DNA of 64,000 nucleotides, taken from the NCBI RefSeq assembly GCF_009834535.1, contig NC_045697.1:44456001-44520000 (forward strand), in the 5' to 3' direction. Position numbers and translations under genes: made by a program. Below are positions 14,301-29,599 of this stretch, one piece after another. The stretch's first letter is position 1, and every line of letters starts with the position of its first letter. The DNA is from Camelus ferus. Its lineage: Eukaryota. The notes beneath the pieces are model-generated. The model did no database searches, was not told the DNA's origin, and saw only the letters and a list, made by a program, of their open reading frames with translations.

Positions 14301-15139
14301 TCGATCCAAAAAAATCATTCTTTACAGGTAATTTTTTAAAATAAAACTAAATTTAACAAATTTAAAATTCAGACACTCAGTTTGTTGGAAGATGGGGTTT
14401 TCCTACTTTGTAAATAGTATCTCGATTATTATTGCATGTAAGCATTTCTAGTGAATACTTTTAAACCTCTAGAAGTCAAATACAGAGAAGACTAAGCCCG
14501 AGGAATTCCTTTAAAAACTAAATTAATATTTGATATTTCCTTACCCTGACAAACACAACATATATAAAAAAGGAACCTGCTCTTATGCGAAGTTGTAAGT
14601 TTGTGAACTAGGTGCAGACAAGTGTTGGTTAGCACTGACAACCTAGGAGGAAGGCTTTGGGTTCCTTCAAGCTTCCAAGGTTCCTTCAAGCTTCCATGTT
14701 TTGAGAAAAATGAACGGAATCTAGCCTAGTCCAGTTTGTACCGTGTGCAGTTCAGCCACTACCTGCAGGAGTGGGAAAGGGCGAAGAGCAACCATTATCG
14801 CCTAACATACCAGGGTTACCTGAAAAGTCATCTTGACATTTCAGTCTTCCATTTTGGGGGGACTAGAAGCCTCAAGGACCACTAGATTGCGGCCGATGAC
14901 TCGCCTAGTCCATCCCCGCACAAGGTGCGCGCTCACCTGCGGGGCGACGGGAAGTACACCTGCCCGGCGGGAGGCACCCACATCGCCTCACCCAACCCCG
15001 GCGGACTTGCCCTCCTCCATCCTTCTTCGCCATCACTTTCATCCCTCCCCACCCATCTGCATCTAACCGAGGGGCAGGGACGGGGGAAGGCGAAGATGGT
15101 GCGGTGAGGAAATGCATCCCCACCATCTGCCGCAGACTA

Positions 15140-15388
<249 letters not shown>

Positions 15389-16422
15389 CTACGGATGGGA
15401 AAGGCGGAGGGCGGCGCCGGCTGCGCCCGCTACAATGTGTCGGGCTTCCGACAGTCCCGCAAGAATCCGGGAGCCGGCAACCGCGCGCGGCCTGATGCAC
15501 GAGGCGGAGAGAGCACGTCCGCACACCTGGAAGTGGAGAAGTCCACAGCACTGGGGCCCCGAACTCGCGAGCAGCCCAGGGCCGGAGGTCGAGACCACGT
15601 GGGCAGGGAAAGGGGGCGGCCCTCGCGGGGTTCCGAGGGGGCGGGGAGAGGTAATGGCGACGACGCCGATTGGCCGCTAGAGGGCCTCAAACTCGATCCG
15701 TCAAAATGGGCCTCGCGTGGGCGGGAACAAAGGAGCGAACGCGGGAGCCGGGTGCGCGGGCGCGCGCCCTCCGCAGACTGAGCGAGCGGGAGAGGCCCGG
15801 GGCACGTGCAGACGGGAGCCCCGCGAGTGGCGCGCCGGGGATGTGAGTGCCCCTTGCCCTCTACGGCACCTAGCCCCCTCCCCGCCCACTGCCTCCGCTT
15901 TTGCATATTTACAGTAATCCGACCCGGCCCGCGCCCCTCCTCCCGTCCTCTGTCAGCAAAGAGGCCGTTTGGGTCTCGGGCTGGCTGACTGTGTTGGCCT
16001 GGATTCCGGCCGATCGGCTTGGGAGGCCCGTCACGCCCCCTCGGCCCGCACGCCTGTGGCGGCAGCGGAAGAGGCGCCCGCGCCGCGCTGCTGCCCGGAG
16101 GGGCCGTCGCGCGCCCGCTTCCTGTTCGGCTGGTTCCAGCCAGCTCGAGGACAAAACACGCGTGCGCGCGGCGGACGGGCGGGCGCGTTCGCCGCCTCAG
16201 CCGCCGGCGCCGGGCGCAGTCCGCCTTTTTCCGGAACAGCTCGGCCACGGTGCTAATCGATAGCAGCAGCCGCCACAGCAGCTCCGCACTGGGCGACCGA
16301 GGGCGGAAAAAGGCGGGGTTGACGGCTCTTTGCTGGGAGTGGGCTGGACCGGACGCCAGAGACAAAGGCTCTCAAGGCAAGAGGGGCTGTTGCCCTGCGA
16401 CGGCGCTGCTCGGGATTTTTGA

Positions 16423-17139
<717 letters not shown>

Positions 17140-17719
17140 TGACTCGGGAGGCCCGCGGAAGGTGGGGGAAGGGCAGGGGGTTGGAGGAGGAGGGCGGCGG
17201 CGTCCGGGTCCCGAGTGCGCAGGCGCCGCGTGGGGCCTGAGGGGGAGGGGCCGGCTTCGCTGCGCCACATGCTGCAGCTGCCGCCGCCTCTTCATTGTGT
17301 CTGTTGGGACTCTGCGCGGTTTTCTTGGGGAGAGTTTAGGGAACTCTTGGTTTGCGACACAGTAGGCGACTGGTACCCAGATCTCTAGTAGGCGATGTGA
17401 TGAGTTCTTTAGATGGGACGTTCGTTTGACAGCTGAGGAAGACGTGAACCTAAGTTGTGTGGGATCGGTTCAGAGAGTTGGATTTTGTAGTCCAGAACAA
17501 TTAACGTTTTGTTGGCCTCTTTTAAACTTTGCACTATGCAATGTGGAGAGCAAGCTGTGCATCGTTTTGAATAAGTGACCTTGGTGAAATTTGGGTATTT
17601 TTGTGGTTTATTCATGCGTATCTGTAAGTGGGTTAAATTACTTGTACGTGGGGATAAATTTCCCCGTACTGATAGTTTATTTTGTGAACATAATTAATTT
17701 CAGAACTTAACCCGTTTAA

Positions 17720-17995
<276 letters not shown>

Positions 17996-18015
17996 TAAAT
18001 AAATCTGTTTTATAG

Positions 18016-18225
<210 letters not shown>

Positions 18226-18633
18226 TAATGTTAATCCCTGGTCCAGTTCTTATAGAACAAACTCATGTGTTGGGTGAGAATGGGATTAAATTATTGCTCA
18301 AGTCCCTTCTAGTCGCTGTACCTTAATACTGCTTTCTCTGGAAAGTAATATGTAGTTTATTTTGGCAAAAAGGTGGATGCTTTGGTGTGGTCAGGATTTG
18401 GATTTATTAACCAGTGGCATCTGTTGAGTAAGAAACGGTATTAAATAAGGGAGGTTTTGCTCTCCCGTCTCTCTAAATGCTCTATAAACAAATCACTTCT
18501 AGTAAAGCGGTAGTCTGTATGGAAGTTATCTCATTAAAATAACGTGTCATGTTGAAGGTTGAAAAGGACTTGTGGCATTGTAAAATCTGGTGGGTTTTTA
18601 CCATTACTGGATGATCTTGAGTGTGCGTCTTGA

Positions 18634-18804
<171 letters not shown>

Positions 18805-18923
18805 TGAGGGTTTTTTTTTTTAATGTAAGTGAAATTTATCCAAATGTTTTTGAGAAGAAAAACAAATGGCTTGACATTAGACCTTCAGTAACAGTTCTAT
18901 TTGTTTTTAAATTTTGTTTATAG

Positions 18924-19061
<138 letters not shown>

Positions 19062-19483
19062 TGACTCAGTGATTAAAGCTATACACTGCTAAATGTGAAT
19101 AAGCCCATCAGGAAGAAAATCCAAATTTTAACTGTCCCAACATGGAAAATGCCCAGCTTAGTGGGTGGGTTTTTGTTTTTACTGAGTTTATTGGTTTCAC
19201 CTCTTCAGAGAATGGCCATTCTGACAGTGTCATTGCTGGTGGGAAAATAGTACCATTAAATGTAGTTATAAACAGTCTACTTGTCTTCACATTCATCCTG
19301 ATTATTAAATTTAGGAAGCCTGATACTAGCACAATTGGATTTTCTGCCCCCTTATGACAACTGGAATAATGTTTTCTTTCTCAGATAGCAGTATAGATGT
19401 CCATTCTGCTTTTTTAAGATTTGCAGAGTGAGGGACAGGAACACATTTTGTGTTAGGATCAGGGGTCAGAAGTTGTTTCCTAA

Positions 19484-19687
<204 letters not shown>

Positions 19688-19855
19688 TAACTTAACTTCA
19701 TAAACCAATGGTATTAAAATTCAGTGTTAAATTGTGTATATGGGTTTTCTATTGAAGCGTTTGGAGCTAATTTATTTTTGGAGGCATTTAACAGTCGGGA
19801 TTATGCTAATATAGAGGTATTGGTCATTAGAAGTGTTTTAGAATGTATGGCGTGA

Positions 19856-20062
<207 letters not shown>

Positions 20063-20460
20063 AGGAGAACATTGGAGAAAACAGGTGTGTATAAGAGTAC
20101 AAGAAGCCAGTGGACATGTCTAATTTAATTTAAAGATCAATAGACAAATGAAAAATATGTAAAAACAAAATATCATGTAGCCTGTTTTTACTAAATTGTT
20201 AATTTTTTACTTGCTTTAAAATGAGCCTGTTTTGCCTAAAGTGTCTATAGATCTTTAACTTTAAAGTCTTATCTCACTTTCTTTAGTATTACAGAAAAAC
20301 TTAAGAGTTTTTCTGTTTGCTTTGTGTACCAGGTGGTCTAGAGGAATAATTAAACTTTTTTAGAACTATTAACAGGTAAAGTACTGAAATGGGTACAACT
20401 TAAGGAAAACAAGAATGTTGTCTTCTAACTCTGACATTATACCTTGTTTGTACCCGCCAG

Positions 20461-20565
20461 CGGGAACTTCATTGCAGGCCGTGTGTCACCCTGACCACGT
20501 CTATCTCTGGGGGTCGCACGTTGCGGGCAGAGCGCAAGGCATACACCAGAAAACGCTGTCCTGTG
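20461..20565 (+). other. HNRNPDL: HNRNPDL non-coding 3'UTR cassette exon 8 (105 nt), predicted NMD-inducing
   Basis: Branch-like TTCTAAC upstream, acceptor CGCCAG|, donor GTG|GTATGG; GC- and CpG-rich within AT-rich introns. Confidence 0.85.
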
Positions 20566-21477
20566 GTATGGTCTCTTCCAACTTCATGTACCAGCGTAAA
20601 GATTAAAGTGGAAAACTTCAGACTTTGGCTTCTTTTTTAATCTTTTTGAAGATTAAGTGTCTTAACTTAAATGGTTTTTTACAGGAGTTAAAGTACATAA
20701 ATGCCTTTTTACAGCTTAATCATTTTGGTCTTCTGTTTAGTGTTGTATTTCAATTGTGGAGCCTCATTTTAAGTGTTCATTCTTTAAGATTTAATGCTTG
20801 CTTTTTCTTTTTATAGCTAATAGTGAAATCTACAAACCAAAACAAGAACTTTAAAATCTGGGATATAAATTAAAGATCATATGCACATAGCAATTTGTTT
20901 TCTTGCAATACAAACCCATTAGAAATTCATGTTTGTGATAAACAGCATTCTTCATGGCTTACTAGAGATGTTTCTAGTAGACCTTGATCTAGCACAGTTC
21001 AACCTGTGAATATGGGAAGGTTACGTTCCCAGATTTTCTAAGTAAATTTAAAATCATTTGGGAACTTAAGGGTGAATTTATTAATTACTGAAACTGCATT
21101 TTGCCAATGAATTTGCATGTGATCTTTAATTATTGAAGAAAAGAATAAAGTGAGAACTTAAAACAATTCATGAAAGTGGACCTTTGAAAGTTTGTCATAG
21201 TTGCACAAATCTAATTGCCGTTTTGTTTTTGTTTTTAGGAGGAGATTGCTAAAGTAACCCGTCTTGCAGGACTGACACTGAAGATTGGTCTCCTGTTGAT
21301 CTAAGATGATAATTTTGTAAAAGACTTTCTAGTGTACAAGACACAACTGTGTCCAACTGTATATAGCCGCCAATTAGTTTTCTTTGTTTTTACTTTGTCT
21401 TTTGCTATCTGTGTTATGACTCGATGTGGATTTGTGTTTATACAAATTTTATTTGTATGGTTTCATGTTAAACCTCA

Positions 21478-21483
21478 AATAAA
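21478..21483 (+). terminator. Proximal poly(A) signal of HNRNPDL
   Basis: AATAAA with upstream TGTA and U-rich elements and downstream TGTGATTGTTTTT. Confidence 0.75.
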
Positions 21484-23007
21484 TGCTTCCTTATGTGATT
21501 GTTTTTCTGCGTCAGGTACTAAATAGCTCTGTAAAAGTGTAATTTTAAATAAGCAATAATTAAGGCACAGTTTATTTTGTAGAGAGTATTGATCCATAGG
21601 GAGAAACTGGTCTTTTATAAATAGCCAGCTACAGTGTTTACTCTGTTCCCCTTTTTTGTTAGATGTATTCTAAGCTCTGAGGCTTCATTTTTCTGTTACC
21701 TGAGGCTTCCACCATACCTTTAAGTAATGTTTCCTCTGTATATCTGGAGACTTTGTCATGAAAATCTTCGTGACATAGTGTTGTGATTAGTGGAAACTTT
21801 CTAGTAGACCATGAATCTTGGTTGTATTTTGAAAAGTAATTTTCTGATGGCGCAGAGCATGCTGGTAACTCCTTTTATGAATAGAAAGATTTTGATTTGT
21901 TCTTGTCTCTGGAAGGTCGTTTGTTAGGATTTGCTGTATTCTAATCAGTGGTCTGCTAGAAAGTGCTTTGACTAATGATCATAATACTTAACTTTGTTTT
22001 CTTGATTAAAATGTCCAGATATACACAGGAAAAAGCACTTAAACTGTGATAGGAGCTACAGTTTAAGAATATCAGATATAGTTGCATTTAACACAAAGGG
22101 TTTGGCAAATAGGTATATGGTTATTAAAGTTTGAGCAAAGATTAGATTAAAATATTTGAAGTAGTGGCTGATTAAAATTAAATTGTGTACTATTCTGTTG
22201 GTATTATGTCACAGCAAGCACCAAACTGAACAAAATGTTTTCTCTTGGGGCATTGTTAGGAAGCTATATTGGATGTTAACTGTTACGTGGTGTAAGTTTA
22301 TAGACGTCACGATAGTAGGTTTCATCATTTTTAGTGCAGTTAGTGCATGAGCTGAGTAGTTATCCATATTCAGACATAGGAAGGAATAGTGGGGAAAGGT
22401 ATACTTTAAACCTTACATAAGTGAAAATCTAGGTGTGACCAAGTCATGTCATTACAGCACATCTTCTAGTGCATTAGAAAGAGTGGTGTTAGCTCTAGAT
22501 TTTGGAGGATATCCTCGGTAAATTCAAGCTTTGAATTTTACATTCAGTGTAGTTAATGAATTTAAGGTTTTCATTTTATTTCTGTGGTTCTATGTTAGCC
22601 ACTAGACTGGCATACGTGTTCACATGTGGAATAGTTGACCTCACCTTCAACCAAGTGTAAATTTTTTATGTTAATGAACCTGCCTTTTTTTTGTTGTTTT
22701 ATTTGGTGCCTGCAACTTCCTTTGTTCCAATGTTTATACTTGCTGGGCTATCAAGTTACAGTGCTTTTGGCCTTGTTTTGCTCCTGTTTTGCTCTTTGAC
22801 CCTACACCTAGGCCAAGTACCAATGTTGGCTATTACAAGCGATCGTTCATTCTTTCAACATGCAACCTTAGGGAACAGAAAGGAGATTTCAAGTTGTGTT
22901 GTGAAAGTCAGCAGGTGCAGTGTCTTAGGGCAGTGAATCCTGTAAGTTCAAATTTATGATTAGGTGGCAAGTTGACATTGAGATTGTCCTTTCCCTGATC
23001 AAAAATG

Positions 23008-23013
23008 AATAAA
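23008..23013 (+). terminator. Distal poly(A) signal of HNRNPDL
   Basis: AATAAA 1530 nt downstream of the proximal signal. Confidence 0.65.
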
Positions 23014-26000
23014 GGCTTTTTAAACAAAATCCAAACTCTTCAATCAAGTCTTGATATATGACTTTGAAGAAACACTACATCTGGATATTACTGTCTGAGA
23101 TCTTTTAGAAAAACTGAAGCACTTAGGACAAACGTACTCGACTAGCCTGTATATTCTCAAATACACTCCCTGACCTGTTTTGTCCAAGTTTTGTGTGTCA
23201 CTACATTAGCAGTTTTGCTGATGTTAATGTTAACATTAACAAAATTAACTATAATCTGTAGTCTTATAACTCCATTTACAAGATTAGGGGTTAAGTGTTA
23301 AGATGTTTATGGGGATACTAATATTAATAAGCAGAGCTTTTATTCCTTTGTCTTCCATGCTTTTTCATAATGGTGACAGACTAGACACTTCACTAATCTG
23401 AATAAATTTCAATGCAAAGAAACCTGAGAAATTAATTGCTGTGCATTGGCAAGATTTGATGCCAACCACAGGATTAGGTGATTCAAGGATACTGCGATTA
23501 CATAATTCCATTTTAAATGCAGTTTATAGTTATAGGAGATGAGTGTTTTTCTACCATTTGAATTTATTCTAGGGATAAGCAATGTCAGGAAATGTTTTGT
23601 AAAATTACCTAAAACTTCCAACCTACTAGAATTGCCATCAACTGTGGTCTCAAATTTTTTGAGCAAAAGCAGTATAACTCTTTGTAGTCGTTCAAAAATG
23701 TATTACCATACAATATGGGCTATTTTAGCATTGGTTGGGTTTTTTCCTGTCCTGAAATAGTCTAATTAGATGTGGGATTTCAGTGAGTTTGGGTTGCATA
23801 GCAAAAAGTTAAACTTTGACATCCCCACCACTGCATTTTATAAACTAGGAAAGAATATAAGGGTGTTCTGCAGATTACAGAGTAATGCTGAGCATTCTGA
23901 AGGTTATGTTCACTTTAACTGGCAGTTTTAATTCCTGGCTTTACTCTTCTGTCTACTCATTTTGAGACAAGTACCATTTGGGGAGGCATAGCATAATCAG
24001 GGTGATGGGACTTAGGTGTGGTTTGCAAAGGGATACTTGATCTGATTTGAAGTCTAGGAATTCCAAATAACAATGCTGAAGGTTTTCATTTATCAATGTC
24101 CAGCACATGTAAGAAATATGTGAAAAGTACCGTACTGCAGACAAGTTTTCTCATATTGACCTAGTGGTTATCTCCTTTTGAGAATCTGACCAAAAGTGAG
24201 TTTTATTTGTGTCTATACATGTTTTACGTGTAGTCTCAAGGAAATTGCAAACTTTGAAAGCCATCTAGCTTAAAAGGCTCTTGAAGTTGGCTTTTATGGC
24301 GACAAATGGACTGAAATTTATTGAATTTGCTACTAACTGATGAGGTTGCCCAAAGGGAGTTTTCACATGTTCTCTACTTGTAATTATGCGTATTGGCAGG
24401 TGAACACTCACACAGGGTGATTCTTCTATTGATGAGACAGGGAAGGCCAACCCCACAAAAGGACCTCTGCAAAACCATGATTAGTCCCCTGATTTTTCAA
24501 GTTGGGGAAGTTAGCTAGTTGAAAATACCAACTTACAGGTCTTACCAAGCATCTCAGGCCTAGATACAGTGTTTGTCACTTTGGGAATGATCTTTGAGCA
24601 GTAAGATTGGTGTTTAATTTACAAGTACTGAGATCTTTTGTAGGAAAGTAGGATTTTCTTACAGTTGATTGATTCTTGTTCTGATGAAACTGCATCCTAG
24701 ATAATGTGGAGCAACTACTAATTCCCATGAGAGATCTGCCCTATGGAGTTGATAGTGATTACTTTGGTTACTCTTGAACTGTGGGACATTTGGAACATGG
24801 AAGTTCTTCACAGACCATGAAGGCAGAGTGATGAAGGGAGTGTGTGATAGTAGGGACTGAAGTGTTTTAGGGTAGTTACAACATTTTCATTATCAGGAAA
24901 CCCTTTCAATATTTTCTCTCCAAGGACTATGTTTTGAATGGCTGTACATGTCATATATTGCTCTCATTATATAGTGACATTTCTATTAATCAAAGGCATA
25001 TTAAAAACAAAAAAAAGATGTCAATATCTAAAGTGATCATTAGCATCATACCACGAACTTAATATGATGCCAGCTAAAATCAAAGAAGCAGTATTTTCAT
25101 TAGCTTGTACAGATTTTTTTAAATGATGTGATTTCTATCAGACTTTAAAAATAATAAGAATTTGTATTCTTTCTAGGACTTTAGAACTACACTTAGCACG
25201 TCATTGGCAATAAGGGAGAAGAAAAGGCATTTTGAGTATGCATTACTTTCGTAATCTGGAAAACTGATATTTTAAAATATTTGTATGGTACAATTATAAT
25301 TTTTTAATATATGCATTTGAATGACCATCAGAAATAAAGAGACCCCAAAATTACAACTTTGAGCTCATTTAAAATGTCTATTTTTTCATATAGTCTAGTT
25401 CTAATCCATGTAAACCTAGGACTTAGAGCCTGTCATAACTGAGAATAACTCCACTCTGGCCTAGGTCTTCCCTTATTCTTTTGATTAAAGTTATTTTAAT
25501 TATTAGCATGATGCTTTAGAACACCAAGATATAGACATACCAAGAGTTTGTTATTTTCCCTCAATTCCCCATCTAAGACAATGACAAATTCACACATACC
25601 ATTTTACTTCAAATTCTCTGCTATTGGTGGGGTTTTGGGGTTTTTTTTTTCCCCCAATTCACAGGTCCCAGAGAGAGGAGGGTCTTAGTGTTGTGGCAGG
25701 TATACAGATTTTCCATTGACCCATAGCCAAGATTCATGGTACAATCAGGGTAGTGTTTTGGTTTTGTTTTTTTCCTTAACCTGAATCTTTTAAAATTCTG
25801 ACGTAAATATTTGCCACTTGAAATCATTCTTGTTCTTCATTAAGGATACCAAGAGGCAAATTTCTCTCTCTGCCTTTAATAGAAAAAAATCAAGCACTCT
25901 TAACCAGGAAATATGCAGGCATTAATATCTGTTCCCTTGACAATTCTCCTGGGAAAGGTATGCAAACTCCTAGTATAACTTGATTAAGAACAATGGTCAC

Positions 26001-26221
26001 AGTTATTAACTCCATTTATTGCCATAAGAAAGGGAAAAAACATTACATGGAGATGTCAAAGGTTCTCAGAATTATTCCATAAGTCAGTGCAAAGGTCATA
26101 TCCTTTTTTTATTGGCATTATATGTCTACATTTCCATGCATTAGCGCAGTCCTTCATATGGTGTAAGAGTATGTAGTCAGATGTACATATATGTACATAT
26201 CTATATTAGATAAAAGACATA

Positions 26222-29216
26222 CAGGCATACCTTGGAAATACTGCAAGTACTGTTCCAGACCATTGCAATAAAGCAATAAAGTGAGCCATACAAAATTTTT
26301 TCCCAGTGCATATATAAAAGTTATGTTTACACAATTCTGTAGTCGATTAAGTGTGCAATAGCATCATGTCTCCAAAAAACCAATTTTAAAATACTGTATT
26401 GCTAAAAATTTCTAGCCATCATCTGAGTCTTCATTAAGTTACAATCTTTTTGCTGGTGGAGGGTCTTGCCTCAATGTTAATGGCTGCTGACTGATCAAGG
26501 TATTGGTTGCTGAAGTTTGGGGTGGCTTTGACAATTTCGTAAAATATAACAAGCTTGCTGCATTGAATTATTCTTTCATGATCAATTTCTCTGTAGCTTG
26601 TAATGCTGTTTGAATGTTATTTACCCACAATAGAACTTCTTTCAGAATTGGAACCAATCTTCTCAAACTCTGCACTACTTTACCAACTAAGTTTATATAA
26701 TATTCTAAATCCTTTGTTGTCATTTACAGATCTTTACAGAATCTTCAACAAGAGTAATTTCCATCTCAAGAAACCGCTTTCTTTGCTCATCCATAAGAAG
26801 CAACTCCTCATTTGTTAAAGTTCTAACATGAGATAGCAATTCAGACACATCCTTCATTTCTAATTCTAAATCGCTTGCCATTTAACACCACGTCTCTCAG
26901 CTGAAATTTTGAACCCCTCAAAGTCATCTATAAGAGTTGGAATCAACTTCTCCCAAACCCCTGTTAATGTTGATATTTTGACCTCTTTCCATGAGTCACA
27001 AATGTTCTTATGGCATCTGAAACAGTAAATCTTTTCCAGAAGGTTTTCAATTGATTTGCCCAGACCTAACAGAGGAATCAAAATTTATGACAACTCCAGC
27101 CTTACGAAATGTATTTCTTCAATGAGACTTGACAGTTGAAAGTACTCCTTAATCCATGGGCTACAAAATGGATATTGTGTTAGCAGGCATGAATATAACA
27201 TTAATCTTGTTGCACATCTCCATCCAAGCTCTTGGGTGACCAGGTGCATTGTCAATGAGCAGTAATATTTTCAAAGGAATCTTTTTTTCTGAGAAGCAGT
27301 TCTCAACAGTGGGCTTGAAATATTCAGTAAATGATGTAAACAGATGTGCTTTCATCCAGGTTTTGTATCATTTATAGAGAACAGACAAATTAGATTTAGC
27401 ATAATATTTAAGGGCCCTAGGATTTTTGGAATGGTAAATGAACATTGGCTTTAGCTTCAAGTCACCAGCTGCATTAGCCCCTAACAAGAGAGTCAGCCTG
27501 TCCTTTGAAGCTTTGAAGCCAGACATTGACTTATCTCTAGCTATGAAAGTCCTGGATGGAATCTTCTTTTCAATAGAAGGCTGTTTCATCCACACTGAAA
27601 ATCTATTGTTCAGTGTTGCCACCTTCATGAATGATCTGAGTTAGATCTTCTGAAGAACTTGCTGCAGCTTCTACATCAGCAATTGCTGCTTCACTGTGCC
27701 TTTTACGTTATGGAGGCGGCTTCTTTTCTTAGACTTAAAGAACCAACCTCCGCTAGCTTCAAACTTTTCTTCTGCAGCTTCCTCACCTTTCTCAGCCTTC
27801 ATAGAACTGAAGAGAGTTAGGGCCTTGCTCTGGGTTAGGCTCTGCCTTGAGAGTATGTTGTGGCTTATTTGATCCATCTGGATCACTCAGATTTTCTCCA
27901 TACCAACCACAAGGCTGTTCTGCTTTCTTATCATTCATGAGTCCACTGGAGTAGCACTTTTAATTTCCTTCAAGAACTTTTCCTTTGTATTCACAGCTTG
28001 GCTAACTGTTTGGTACAAGAGGCCTAGCTTTGGCCTATCTCAGCTTTTTTCCACTAAGCTTAATCATTTTTAGCTTTTGATTTAAAGTGAGGGACATGTG
28101 ACTCTTCCTTTCACCTGAATACTTAAAGGTCATTATAGGGTTATTAATTGGCCTAACTTCAACATTGTTGTGTCTCAGGGAATAGGGAGACCTGAGGAGA
28201 GGGAGAGAGATGGGGGAATGGCCAGTTGGTGGAGCAGTCAGAACACATGCACTTATCGATTAAGTTTGTCTTCCTCTCAAAAAACTAAAAATAGACTTAC
28301 CATAAGATCCAGCAATCCCACTTCTGGGCATATATCTTGAGGGAACTCTAATTCAAAAATACACCTGCACCCTAATGTTCAGAGCAGCAATATTTACAAT
28401 AGCCAAGACATGGAAGCAACCTAAATGTCCATTGACAGAGGAATAGATAAAGAACTTATGGTATGTATGTATACATATGTGTACACACTACTCAGCTATA
28501 AAAAAAGAATAAAATAATGGCATTTGCAGCAACATGGATGGACCTGGAGATGGTCAATCTAAGTGATGTAAGACAGAAAGAGAAAGAAAAATACCATATG
28601 ATATCAATTATATGTGGAATCTAAAAAGAAAAAAAAAAGGCACAAATGAACTTATTCATGAAACAGAAATGACTCACAGACATAGAAAACAAACTTACGG
28701 TTTCCACAATGGAAAAGGGGTAGGGTGGGAAGGGATAAAATGGGAGTTTGAGATTTGCAGAAAATACTATGTATAAAATAGATAAACAACAAGTTTCTTC
28801 TGTATAGCACAGGTAATTATATTCAATATCTTGTAGTAAACCTATAATAAAAAAGAATATGAAAAGGAATATATATGAATATGTATGATTGAAACATGCT
28901 GTACAACAGAAATTGACACATTATAAGCTGACTATATTTCAATAAAAATTTTTCTAATTAAAAAAAAGTTTGCCTTCTTAAATTACAATAGTAAATCAAA
29001 GGTCACTGATTACAGATCACCATAACAAATATAATAATAATTAAAAAGCTTGATATATTTTGAGAATTACTAAAATGTAACACAGAGACATTAAGTGAGC
29101 AAATGCTGTTGGAAAAATGGTGCTCATAGACTTGCTCAATGCAGACTTTCAATTTGGAAAAAAATGCAGTATCTGCAAAGAACAATAGTGAAGTGCACTA
29201 AAATGAGGTATTCCAG
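26222..29216 (-). mobile_element. Near-full-length Tigger1 (pogo/Tc1-mariner) DNA transposon with decayed transposase
   Basis: TA|CAGGCATACCTT ... GAGGTATTCCAG|TA terminal inverted repeats; minus-strand ORF pieces [46 protein letters not shown]. Confidence 0.92.
28274..28965 (+). mobile_element. 5'-truncated young L1 inserted in Tigger1
   Basis: L1 ORF2 end and 3'UTR with AATAAA and A-tail; duplication AAGTTTGTCTTC (28262-28273) / AAGTTTGCCTTC (28966-28977). Confidence 0.88.
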
Positions 29217-29599
29217 TATAATTTTTCAAAAAATATTTACTTGCCTTTAACTATGGCCTAAATAATTCAGACCAATCCTTCTGAAGAAAATTAAGTAGGA
29301 TAAAATATTTTAAAATATATATAAAATAATTGGAAGAGTTAAAAAAGATAATGAGAAGTTTACTTGGCCAAAATCTAAGAGAAAGTCAAAACTTGGAGAA
29401 GCAAGCCTAGCACTCAAAGCTGGATTTGATGAGCTTACTGGACAAAGGGCACAGAAGCCAAAACCATAGACAGAACCACAGGTGAAGACTCTGATACACC
29501 ATTGCTCCATTAAACTAAGGGCTCCCAAAGGGCTACACTCTCAGGACAAGAGGTAACCGAGTTCCCTCACCTGGGCAGTTAAGGAAACTTCAACCTCAG

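Larger units (their letters stand above)
21239..23035 (+). other. HNRNPDL: HNRNPDL terminal exon (3'UTR); 3' end approximate
   Basis: Polypyrimidine tract TTTTGTTTTTGTTTTTAG| then GAGGAG...; two AATAAA signals; no repeats recognised. Confidence 0.8.

Noticed and set aside
19209..19222. 14-bp palindrome AGAATGGCCATTCT in HNRNPDL intron 5, considered as a snoRNA or miRNA stem
   Set aside because: Too short, no extended stem or box motifs, and plausible by chance in 64 kb.
26866..27886. Transposase-like ORFs as a possible domesticated TIGD-type gene
   Set aside because: Broken into four short frames within a fossil Tigger1 that also carries an L1 insertion.
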